From a virus (taxonomy: Duplodnaviria; Caudoviricetes), in the IMG/VR virus record IMGVR_UViG_3300048995_000008, positions 31,653 through 95,652 of that record: DNA of 64,000 nucleotides. One strand, 5' to 3'. The translations under genes were made by a program, and so were the position numbers. Shown here one piece after another: positions 54,520 to 63,143 of this stretch. Position 1 is the first letter of the stretch. Each line of letters opens with the position of its first letter. The notes beneath the pieces were generated by a model. The model did not search any database. It was not told the origin of the DNA and worked only from the letters and a program-made list of their open reading frames with translations.

Positions 54520-55272
54520 TCAGCCTCCTGCCTTTTTGGTATGCATCTTAGCCAGTCTGATGTGATAGTCGTATGCCTCTGGCTGTCCGCGCTTCATCGC
54601 CGACTGGGCAGCCTCGGTGTGCGCCTGCGCCGCGTCTGCGTGACTCTTGCGATCTTCAGTGATTTCTGCCGCAGAGGAGAGATGTCTTGCTGCTCTACTT
54701 AGATTTCCACTTGACTTCTGTGACTGCGCTGCATGCACATGTGCCTGTGCCGCGGCGCGAAAGTCGTTAGCAGAGACGGCAGTCTTCTGTATCTTCTCAG
54801 CACGACTGGAGAGCTTCGAGGCTGCGTGCTTTTGCATCTGCTTCGCAGTCAGCTTGATTGAACTCTCCAGATACTTGGATCTGTCCTTCAGCGCTGTAAT
54901 GGCAGACCAGTCCTTTGGCGAGACGGCAATCTTACTGAGTTTTCTGATGGCCTTGGCAAGATCAGCCATCTCACTGCGCTTACTAGACTCCTCAGACTTG
55001 GTCTTTGATTGCTTCTCTTTCGGTGCTTTGGGAGCCTTGTCTTTCGGCGCCTTGCTCTCTTTCGGAGCCTCGCTCTCTTGCGGTGCTCTCTTGGGCGTCG
55101 ACTTCGGCTTCCCAGACTCTGTCTTCAGTGGCGTACCTGATCTAACACTGTACGGATTACCGCTGCTTCCGAATTCACCTGCGTAGTGCGCGTGAGTTCT
55201 TCCACCAGATCCTCGAGATCGAGTGCCAGTGGCGTAATCCCTGGACTTGCCTATGGCCTTAGCTAGCGGCAA
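54520..55272 (-). CDS. THAHYAGE-leader family protein 4 (Lys/Ala/His-rich)
   Basis: RTHAHYAGEFGS near the N-terminus; AAQAH..AA repeats. Confidence 0.75.
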   Translation of the reverse strand: MPLAKAIGKSRDYATGTRSRGSGGRTHAHYAGEFGSSGNPYSVRSGTPLKTESGKPKSTPKRAPQESEAPKESKAPKDKAPKAPKEKQSKTKSEESSKRSEMADLAKAIRKLSKIAVSPKDWSAITALKDRSKYLESSIKLTAKQMQKHAASKLSSRAEKIQKTAVSANDFRAAAQAHVHAAQSQKSSGNLSRAARHLSSAAEITEDRKSHADAAQAHTEAAQSAMKRGQPEAYDYHIRLAKMHTKKAGG

Positions 55273-55818
55273 CTAGCTCCATGTCTGGATGACGATCTCC
55301 TCGCCACACGAGCAATCGAAATCAAACGAAGCACGAATCACCGGTCGCAGTTTGAGCACAGTGCTGCAATTAGTTGATTCACAGAGAACCATTCATGATA
55401 AAGTGAATTCCACAGCCCAATACTACAATAGACATGATAATAAGTGCAACTCCTCTCCAGAACTCCCAATCTTGGTCGGTCATGACTTAGCGTCCCTCTC
55501 GTGACTCTCCCTGAGAATCTTCACCTCTGCCTTGCTCAGCATTACACGGCTGTCGCTCGAGTAGTCCGTCCACGTCATCACCGCCTGCTCCACCCGGGAG
55601 GAGTCGCCGAGGTGGTCGAGTACGTAGCTGCTCGGCAGGATCTTAGCCTCCTGACCGAGCTGCATGACCTCTGGATCGCTTGCCTGCAGCTGCAGTGAGC
55701 GCAGCGTCGTTGAGATCCTGCCACTGCGGGCACGGCTTGCCCTCGTAGTTGAGGCCGCGACAGCTCGCCATGTAGATGGCGTAGAAGTCACGAGCGCGGA
55801 CTACGACGCTTGCGTGAG

Positions 55819-56331
55819 TCATCGACCCTTTTCTTTTCGCTGCACAGTCTTGTCGACCATCAGCCAGTAGTCTGGGTCGATTGAACGGAATTCTACGACG
55901 TCAGACTGGACTTCTACGACACAAGACTGCTCTTCTACGACACAAGACTGCTCTTGCGGATGTCTCAGCGCTTGCGGATGTCTCAGCGCTTGCGGATGCC
56001 TCAGCCAGCGGCTGTATCGCTCTCTTGGCGGTGACAGCTCGTTCGTCTTGCAGAACCGGTCGATCAAACTGGCTAGTGAGCTACAGTTCTGTGTTGCGCC
56101 GATGTCAGTGGTGGCTACTCGCATAGACAGCCAGGCGACGAATCCGTAGACAGCCTCGCTTGCGCTGAGCTCGAGTCTTGGCTTTGGACGCGACTCGATC
56201 GCGTTTGCAAACCAGACGAGCATGGTGCCGTAGTCTGGTCGCAGGCCGCTTCTCACGTGGTCCATGAACTCGTCAGCCCACTTCACAGCATCGTCGCCGC
56301 ACTCCTTGATGATTTCTGCGCTTGTCTTCAT
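55819..56331 (-). CDS. hypothetical protein with short tandem repeats
   Basis: DA.KWA.EF...M..WFANAI motif; LRHPQA x3. Confidence 0.55.
   Translation of the reverse strand: MKTSAEIIKECGDDAVKWADEFMDHVRSGLRPDYGTMLVWFANAIESRPKPRLELSASEAVYGFVAWLSMRVATTDIGATQNCSSLASLIDRFCKTNELSPPRERYSRWLRHPQALRHPQALRHPQEQSCVVEEQSCVVEVQSDVVEFRSIDPDYWLMVDKTVQRKEKGR
55890..56006. repeat. adjacent 21-bp (x~3) and 18-bp (x3) tandem repeats
   Basis: CTTCTACGACACAAGACTGCT and CTTGCGGATGTCTCAGCG units. Confidence 0.85.
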
Positions 56332-56417
56332 TGACTTGTTTCTCCACCGTGTTTGGATTGCTCGTCTGCGGCTGCGAGCCACTCGCTCATGCGTCGAGCA
56401 GCTCAGAGCCAGACGAG

Positions 56418-56723
56418 CTATTGCTCGGGATCGAACCCGTCGAGATCGAAGTGCGTGAGATCAGGCGCTGGCCCGACAATCACGGTGACGACCAGCGGAA
56501 CTACAGAGCCGATGCTGACGTCACAGGTTCCCTCACCGACGCCGTGAATAAGGGCGCGCCGGTCGTTGCCAGGATCGAGCGACACCGTCGCTACCGCGTT
56601 GTTGTTGCTCGACATGGCAGTCGTCCCTCCGGAGACTGGCGTCGTGCCGTCGATGCTCGAGAAACGGGTGAACCGCACCGGGCGATCTTTGGTCTTGTGA
56701 ACAGTAGTGCTCGCTGTAGACAT
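56418..56723 (-). CDS. small Ig-like (Big_2-like) protein
   Basis: SSNNNAVATV...I.GVGEGT..VSI; AAGGA RBS. Confidence 0.6.
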   Translation of the reverse strand: MSTASTTVHKTKDRPVRFTRFSSIDGTTPVSGGTTAMSSNNNAVATVSLDPGNDRRALIHGVGEGTCDVSIGSVVPLVVTVIVGPAPDLTHFDLDGFDPEQ

Positions 56724-56802
56724 AGTTCCTTCTTGTAGGTGTATCGACTCAGCCCAGGACCACCTCCCTGCGAAACGAGGTGAACGAAGACTTGTCGAAA
56801 GG

Positions 56803-57072
56803 TTAGAACTTCGCGTCGCCAGGCGCGGTCACGTGCGGTGGTACGATGATCGGCCATCGCCACTGGCCAGGACCGTCGCCGTTGGTCATGCTCGTCAACC
56901 AGAGCTGAGCTGGACCGTCGACCATGCACTGCACGTTGATCTTCCCGTCGTCGAACACGCGAACGACAACGGCCGGACACTCACGTGCGCCATTGTTCAT
57001 GTTAGGAATCTGCTCCAACTGAGCGTCGCTGAGCGTAACTATCACGATTCTTCCGATTGACGGTTTCTGCAC
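56803..57072 (-). CDS. conserved phage hypothetical protein
   Basis: PSIGRIV...PAVVVRV....IN..V..DG...PGQW.WP; AAGGAG RBS. Confidence 0.65.
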   Translation of the reverse strand: MQKPSIGRIVIVTLSDAQLEQIPNMNNGARECPAVVVRVFDDGKINVQCMVDGPAQLWLTSMTNGDGPGQWRWPIIVPPHVTAPGDAKF

Positions 57073-57112
57073 TGTAGATCTCCTTCTGTTGTAAGTGAGA
57101 CAGCTGCGATTC

Positions 57113-57700
57113 TTACCTGAGCAGCCAGTCTGCCAGGTCGGGCGGCATAGACGCGATCGTCTTCGGCACAGACGCTGAACCCTTCTCCACACCGACGACG
57201 AGCGCCAGGATCGACGCCATCACGTCACTGCCGACGCTGTCTGTTTCCTCAGCGGTGTCGCTGACGACCAGGCCGTACCGCGACCCGCCGAGTCGCTGCT
57301 TGAACTGGGCACTGTCGTATATCAGCACGCCACTAGCTTCACCATTGTTCGCAGCGTCTTGCTGCGAGTCGAAGATGACGACGCGATCGTGGATACTGCC
57401 GATCACGACGACCCAGTGGTCTACGCCGTCGACGCACAGAATCGTCGGAGAGCCGCGATCGAGCGAGGCGCGGATGCTCGTCAGCAGTGCGTCGAGCGGT
57501 TGTCCTCGCAACTCCTGCACGCTGTACTGTAGCACGCGCAGCGCGCATGCGATACCCTTCTCGTCTGTCCCATTCTCTTTCGTGGTGCCGGCTAGCTGCT
57601 TGATCCGAGCTATTTCCGACGTGTGGTCGTGGCCGAGTGCTAAACACGCGTTGACGATCGCGTAGACGCCGCAGGACCATGTATCGGGTTGGAGAAGCAT
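57113..57700 (-). CDS. C39-like cysteine peptidase
   Basis: Q....SCG (catalytic Cys), GT, HWVVVIG (His), IFDS (Asp). Confidence 0.8.
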   Translation of the reverse strand: MLLQPDTWSCGVYAIVNACLALGHDHTSEIARIKQLAGTTKENGTDEKGIACALRVLQYSVQELRGQPLDALLTSIRASLDRGSPTILCVDGVDHWVVVIGSIHDRVVIFDSQQDAANNGEASGVLIYDSAQFKQRLGGSRYGLVVSDTAEETDSVGSDVMASILALVVGVEKGSASVPKTIASMPPDLADWLLR

Positions 57701-58614
57701 CAGTCCTCGAGGTCGACGCTCGTTAGTGCAGCGTCAATGACAGATACGCTCTGGCAGGTTGAACCACGTAGGTGGCCGGATGAGCAGTGACAGACAGTGC
57801 TTTCGCCGTTCGTCGCGATCGCCGCGTCGTGCGTCTTCTGCAGCTCGAGCACCTTGCTCTCCATGAGATCAACGTACTCGCGCATCTTCTGAGTCGCGGC
57901 GCCCATGCAGATCTCGTCCTCTAGCGTGAGCTTCGTGTCGTCTGGCTCCTGTTCTCGCAGTGCAATCGAGCCGAGCCGTGCGTACTTCTCGACGCTGGTG
58001 TGCCCGTCCCATCCGGGTGCCTCGCGTCGCGGGAGAAAGCTGAACCACTCGACTTCGCTGTCGTGAACATGCCAGGAGACCTGACCGTAAGGTGTGACGA
58101 CGTAGACCACGTTGAGCCAGTCAGCGTCCCACTGCTCACCTTCGTGCAGTCCAACCCATGCCTTCCATCCTAGCACCACGGCGAACTTGGCGAAGAAACA
58201 GACGAGCATGTCACGCTCGCTGTAGACAGCGTCCTTATCCTTGCGGAGCACAGCGACAGTCTCTTTGAGCTCGGCATTGTCTTCTGCTGTTTGGTTGAGA
58301 GTGTCGACCAATACGTCGTCACAGGTGTTGACAGCACGTAAGCTTCGGAGACTCTCATTCTCCGTCATGAGCCGTAGGATCGTTGCTCCATAGCTGTGCT
58401 CACTGCCGTTGATCGACTCTGCGTATCGCCGAAGATCCTCGCGCTGCGTGTCTGTCAGTCTAGAGTCAGTCATTGGATTCCACCTTTGTCTTAGAGCTTC
58501 ATTCTTCGCTGCTCCCAGATGATCTCTGAGAGAAGACCGCCGAGGTCTGTTGCCTGCTTGTTGCTTAGCGTGAGCTGGTAATGCTGTTGCGGTTGCTGCC
58601 AGTCGTTCAGCCAT
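57700..58614 (-). CDS. coiled-coil plus WDGH-motif phage protein
   Basis: Y.ER..L...GQVSWH...WDGHT; alternative start at 58473. Confidence 0.65.
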   Translation of the reverse strand: MAERLAATATALPAHAKQQAGNRPRRSSLRDHLGAAKNEALRQRWNPMTDSRLTDTQREDLRRYAESINGSEHSYGATILRLMTENESLRSLRAVNTCDDVLVDTLNQTAEDNAELKETVAVLRKDKDAVYSERDMLVCFFAKFAVVLGWKAWVGLHEGEQWDADWLNVVYVVTPYGQVSWHVHDSEVEWFSFLPRREAPGWDGHTSVEKYARLGSIALREQEPDDTKLTLEDEICMGAATQKMREYVDLMESKVLELQKTHDAAIATNGESTVCHCSSGHLRGSTCQSVSVIDAALTSVDLED

Positions 58615-58785
58615 GTCTCTACACCACTATACGAGGTGTGGTGTTGATGCGGACCTCGGTGAATACACGGCTCACCGAGCTTGGGACTGATCGACGTGCA
58701 GGGAGACCAGGCGTTGCGCTCCTGCTTGGTCAACTCACGCTGGCCAGGACAGATATGTTGAGTGGCTCGCAGTCCTAGACCATCT

Positions 58786-59028
58786 TCACGACCTAACATC
58801 GCAATGAATAACGTCGCAGTTTGCACATTTGACGCACACGCAGAAGGGATAGATACCTCTACAGACACACTGCGCTTCAGGTATCGTTCGCGTGAACAGA
58901 TATGGATGGTCAGCGTGCGACTTTCCGGCATAGTGTCTCTGTTGACAGTGAGTACAGTCGATACAGATACATTGAATAAGTGGCATTCCGCAGCTTGTGC
59001 AGAAAGACATATCGAGTGCCTCTGTCAT
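58786..59028 (-). CDS. Cys-rich small protein
   Basis: Multiple CxxC/CxC motifs; AT-richer segment. Confidence 0.4.
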   Translation of the reverse strand: MTEALDMSFCTSCGMPLIQCICIDCTHCQQRHYAGKSHADHPYLFTRTIPEAQCVCRGIYPFCVCVKCANCDVIHCDVRS

Positions 59029-59036
59029 ACATTGTC

Positions 59037-60347
59037 TCAGGTCGTCGTACTGTCAGTGATCAACCCAAGCGACACCAACGCCGCGAGGAGCGACACCAAC
59101 GCCGCGCCTGCAGTCTTAGAGCCAGTGACTGTCGGCTTCGTCACTGGAGTCGCGCTGAAGAACCCGAACTTGCTAGACAGGTGGCGAATACTGCCGTCTG
59201 TGCCGAAGTCCGCGATGGTGGCGTTGTTGGTCGTTTGACGAAACCGCAGCACGCTACCCGACCCTGTCGGTTGGTCGAAGCTGTACTGGTTGCCGCCGGA
59301 TGGGTCACATAGAGTAAGCACGTGACCTGTAGCGCTCGCTTCTGCCTTGATCTTGATGCCGATGGCACCACCGAGCATGAAGAAGTCCTTGTCGATCACC
59401 CACTGAGTAGTCGGGGTGGAGTCGTGTACGGCCAGCACGTCGCCAGTCTGCGATGGTCCTCGCCGTAGACGCATCGTCGCCATCGCAGGTTCGTCATCTT
59501 GAGCAGAGACTTGAATCCTGGCCGACCCGTTTGGTGGTGTGACACCGACGCCGAACGTTGGCGACAGAGAGCCGCGATGCAGCGCGTACAGCAGATCGAT
59601 GACAGAGTTGCGCGTGATCGTCACGCGAACACCAGTTGCTGTGATCGTCGCATTTGCACTCAGCGTCAGGCTGTTGACGCTGGCGACTGACGAGACCGTC
59701 GTGCCGTTTGGAACACCTGGACCACTGACTGCTGCGCCGACGAGCGCAGACGAAAATCCTCCCAGGGTTGCACTCGTCACTGTCGGCGAGCCGCTGGTCG
59801 TCACACCATCAGTAAACGAGTAGGTGTTCCGAACGCCGACTGCGACGAAGTCACGCTCTGGCGAGTTTGCCGTGTCGATGCCAGAGAACCACGTGCCGTT
59901 AGCGCCGATGTAGTTGAGCTCTAGGCCCTGAAGCGGACCTGGCGCGCCGGTCGCGCCGACTGGACCTTGTGAGCCGGCGTCACCCTGAGGGCCAGTCGAC
60001 CCGGTGAGGCCGCTCATTGGCCAGAGACTGAGTCCAGTGCCGTCTGCGACTAGAACGCACACGCCAGATGGTGGAATAACGAGCGACACAGCGCCAGGAC
60101 ATGTCACTCTGTTGACTGCAAGGCTGCGAATATCAGCGTGCGTGATGATTACATTTCCGGTGACTGCGTCGTTTCGCAGCAGAACCAATTCGACGTTGGA
60201 GAACGAGCTGTAGTCGAAGCCAGTGATCGTCGAATCACTGCTGACTGGCAGAAGACGCCACACCGTCGGCATGCGACCTGCGCCGGTACCGAGGTTGTGA
60301 TTGAACTTGCTAAGTGTAAGTGGAGCTGTCTGCGTGCCTAGATTCAT
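59037..60347 (-). CDS. fibre/decoration-like virion protein with short collagen (GXY) segment
   Basis: GSTGPQGDAGSQGPVGATGAPGP; G.GVP.GTTV......LTLSANAT module; L..LGLITDST C-terminus. Confidence 0.7.
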   Translation of the reverse strand: MNLGTQTAPLTLSKFNHNLGTGAGRMPTVWRLLPVSSDSTITGFDYSSFSNVELVLLRNDAVTGNVIITHADIRSLAVNRVTCPGAVSLVIPPSGVCVLVADGTGLSLWPMSGLTGSTGPQGDAGSQGPVGATGAPGPLQGLELNYIGANGTWFSGIDTANSPERDFVAVGVRNTYSFTDGVTTSGSPTVTSATLGGFSSALVGAAVSGPGVPNGTTVSSVASVNSLTLSANATITATGVRVTITRNSVIDLLYALHRGSLSPTFGVGVTPPNGSARIQVSAQDDEPAMATMRLRRGPSQTGDVLAVHDSTPTTQWVIDKDFFMLGGAIGIKIKAEASATGHVLTLCDPSGGNQYSFDQPTGSGSVLRFRQTTNNATIADFGTDGSIRHLSSKFGFFSATPVTKPTVTGSKTAGAALVSLLAALVSLGLITDSTTT

Positions 60348-60381
60348 GTCTTTACTCCTACAGCGTCAGTGCTGGCTGACG

Positions 60382-62121
60382 CTACATCTCGCTGCCTTGG
60401 TCGTAGTCTGCCTCAGTCACTGGTGGACGGTCTCTGTACAGCAGATTCCACCCGTGTGCTGCAGCATCGATGATGTCGTCGTGAAGATCGTCCACGCCAG
60501 TGAACAACTTGAACTCCTCGATCAGTTCGTCTGCCCAGTCTTCGTCGATCGGCACGTGAACCCGACCTTGGTTCCACGCAGTGCTGAGAGGAATGGAGCG
60601 TGTGAACTTGTCCTTGCCACCGACTTCGACGTCTACGATCCTGAGCTTGTTGTTCGCTCGTCTGAGCATCTGCGAGACAGCGCGACCAGCGTTGGCCGCG
60701 ACTGTCTCGACAGCGATGAGCAATCTGTACTTGCGCTGTATGCGCTCGAGGATCGTAGTGACCTCGGGAACCTCCTCCTGTACGTGAATACAGTCGTAGA
60801 TCCACATCTCGCTCTCGACGCCGTAGCCTGACATCGCGACGACGAGGATGGCCGAGAAGTCAGCGCTGGTCTTAGCACTCGCCGCAGTGTCAGCTGGGAT
60901 GCAGGCGCGCTTCCTGGTCCAGGTGAACTCACTCTTGCGCAGAACTTCACTGTAGTGTCTCGCCTCTAGTGCTGTTCTGCTCTCGTCCTGCATGCAGGTC
61001 AGGCGCGCCTGAGCAGCGGCTGGAAGTGCTGCGTACTGCGTATGTGTGAAGACCCGCGCATTCTCCTTGAAGACAGTGTTCTTCTGGTAGCGCGACGGCT
61101 CGTGAAAGATCGCCTTGCCGATTGGCCGAGGCGCGCCACCGTAGAGCGCCCACCACAGCGCCTCACCAATCGTCCGACGAATGTCGTCAAGGTGTCCGTC
61201 GTGACCACAAGGCTCGGTACAGATCGCATATGGATACTTCTGAGACCAAGCGACCTCGCCATACGCTTCGTCCTTCAAGTCCTTGATCGGACCGAACCTA
61301 GCTCTCTCAGCGACTGACAGCGCGAGCCACTGGGTTTTGCTGATGATCCTTCGTCCAAGGATGTCATCCTTGGAGTCAGCCACCGTCGGAACGTGGATAC
61401 GATCCCACTTGAGGTTCTTGTTGATCCAGCCGATCAGATCGTTCTCACCCCACCGGGTGTGCAGCACGAAGATTGAGCCACCCTGCAGTCGAGTGTACGC
61501 CACTCCCTTGAATCGCGAGATCACCTGGCCGTTGATCGCGATGGAGCGAGCCTCTTGCTCGTCCTTGTATGGGTCGTCGTAGAGGATGACGCCAGGTACT
61601 CGCTGCCCAGTTAACTTGCCACGTGCGCCGGCAGCGATCAGACCACCGCGCTCTGGCGTGTGCCAGTGGCCTTTCGCCTTGCTGTCTGCCGCGAGCCTGA
61701 GACCGGCGACGCTGGCGTAGTCTAGCGCCAGCGACGACTTGTCCATCGCCTGGGCGCCGGAGTACGTGACGTAGGCGTTCTGGTCAGCAGGCGAGCGACA
61801 CAGCCACCAGATCAACAGACGAAGTAGAATCGTGGTCTTGGCGTGACCTGGACCTACGTCGATGGTGACGCGCACCGGAGCAACGCGCGCCTGCTCGATA
61901 GCGTCGACGACCGGCAGCAGGTGCGCCGGCACTGGCTCGTCCGGCCAGAGACGCGAGACGAAGTCGACTGGACACTCGCCGCCAACGAGAGACTCGAGTC
62001 CGTCTGTGAGCTCAGCGCGCTCCTGATCAGACAGGAACTCGAGGTTGGCAGGATCGTACTGCGGCAGAGCGAGACGTGTCACCAGAGCACCGATGATGAG
62101 TCTATTAGACACGACAATCAC
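60382..62121 (-). CDS. terL: terminase large subunit
   Basis: Walker A GPGHAKTT, LTG, Walker B ILYDDPYKD, TRW..NDL, nuclease DTA...DFSA, DKFTR, HDDIIDA. Confidence 0.93.
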   Translation of the reverse strand: MIVVSNRLIIGALVTRLALPQYDPANLEFLSDQERAELTDGLESLVGGECPVDFVSRLWPDEPVPAHLLPVVDAIEQARVAPVRVTIDVGPGHAKTTILLRLLIWWLCRSPADQNAYVTYSGAQAMDKSSLALDYASVAGLRLAADSKAKGHWHTPERGGLIAAGARGKLTGQRVPGVILYDDPYKDEQEARSIAINGQVISRFKGVAYTRLQGGSIFVLHTRWGENDLIGWINKNLKWDRIHVPTVADSKDDILGRRIISKTQWLALSVAERARFGPIKDLKDEAYGEVAWSQKYPYAICTEPCGHDGHLDDIRRTIGEALWWALYGGAPRPIGKAIFHEPSRYQKNTVFKENARVFTHTQYAALPAAAQARLTCMQDESRTALEARHYSEVLRKSEFTWTRKRACIPADTAASAKTSADFSAILVVAMSGYGVESEMWIYDCIHVQEEVPEVTTILERIQRKYRLLIAVETVAANAGRAVSQMLRRANNKLRIVDVEVGGKDKFTRSIPLSTAWNQGRVHVPIDEDWADELIEEFKLFTGVDDLHDDIIDAAAHGWNLLYRDRPPVTEADYDQGSEM

Positions 62122-62720
62122 ACAGCTCCCTCAGCTCGAGTAGCAGCTATCTTCTGCTGTTCAGCTAGTTGTCTCTCTAGTCTAATCGTGTCCGCTCTGT
62201 TCTGGTGATGCCCTGCCTGCTTCTCGTGCAGAGTTACGGTCTTCGCGTCACCGGTGTTAGCCTTGGCTGCCGCCCGGTGTGACGCTGCAGCGGCCTCCTG
62301 GGTCTTCACGCTCGGCGCGTCGCTGGCGATCTTCGTCTTGCCGAACGCGCTCTTCGTAGCGGCCTTCGCCGCTGCGGTGCGCGTCTCGGTCGACGTGATC
62401 GGTGGCTCAGCGTGAGCGAGACTTGCCTTCGCCAACTTGGTCGTCTCGTAAGCCTGAGCAGCATAGGTCGCGTGCTCGCTGCCAGGCGCCATCCTCTCGG
62501 CCGCTCTCGCGTGCTTCGCCGCCATCTGTACGGCGTGCTCTACGACCAGTGCGTGCGCGGCGCGCGCGCTGCCGACTGCACTGCCGTGAGCCGCTGCAGC
62601 GACCTGCGCAGTGCGTGCGAAGTGCTCAGCCCGAGCAGCGCGATAGACTGGATCCTTCGCCAGCTTTGAGGTCTGCTGTCGCGAGCCGAGCTCGCCTGCG
62701 TAGTGAGCGTGGGTGGTCAC
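62118..62720 (-). CDS. THAHYAGE-leader family protein 5
   Basis: MTTHAHYAGELGSRQQTSKLAKDPVYRAARAEHFA; GTGA-coupled to terL. Confidence 0.75.
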   Translation of the reverse strand: MTTHAHYAGELGSRQQTSKLAKDPVYRAARAEHFARTAQVAAAAHGSAVGSARAAHALVVEHAVQMAAKHARAAERMAPGSEHATYAAQAYETTKLAKASLAHAEPPITSTETRTAAAKAATKSAFGKTKIASDAPSVKTQEAAAASHRAAAKANTGDAKTVTLHEKQAGHHQNRADTIRLERQLAEQQKIAATRAEGAV

Positions 62721-62819
62721 GTGAGCCTTCTCATGGTATCATCCACTTCTCACCAGTCAGCTGGCTCTTGACGCTATCCGGAGGGCCGTCGCCCACTGCA
62801 CTATAGTTGCGAACGCTGA

Positions 62820-63050
62820 TCACTGGACGTCCTCACTATCGATACGAGCTATCATTATCTTGTTTGCGTCCGTGTTGGACACGCCAGTCGCGATCAGTTC
62901 GTCGAACTGCTTCCGCTTCTCGAGGAGACCAGCGTATGCCTTCTGAAAACATGGATCGCACGTGTAGTGCTTCAGTTCCTCACTGTCTGGCAGAACGAGT
63001 GTAACGATCTCGTCAGTTGGAGTGCCGCAGCCGAGGCAGGGAGCGCTCAT
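62820..63050 (-). CDS. small Zn-finger protein
   Basis: CLGC...CDPC; GGAG RBS. Confidence 0.55.
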   Translation of the reverse strand: MSAPCLGCGTPTDEIVTLVLPDSEELKHYTCDPCFQKAYAGLLEKRKQFDELIATGVSNTDANKIMIARIDSEDVQ

Positions 63051-63142
63051 CTCACCACTCCCATTGCTTCGTAACGGCGAAGGCCCTGATCGGTCTGCTG
63101 TCGCGAGCCGAGCTCGCCTGCGTAGTGAGCGTGAGTAGGCAC
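63047..63142 (-). CDS. THAHYAGE-leader mini-gene (31 aa)
   Basis: Not in ORF track: MPTHAHYAGELGSRQQTDQGLRRYEAMGVVR*; starts 1 nt after the upstream stop and ATGA-overlaps the next gene. Confidence 0.65.
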   Translation of the reverse strand: MPTHAHYAGELGSRQQTDQGLRRYEAMGVVR

Positions 63143-63143
63143 T

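Noticed and set aside
5971-56006. CRISPR arrays at the tandem repeats (5971, 36921, 55890)
   Set aside because: Repeats are contiguous with no unique spacers, and no cas genes are present
7485-62121. Inteins or introns in PolA, ligase or TerL; alternative genetic code
   Set aside because: No C...HN splice motifs or split genes; core genes are full-length in the standard code
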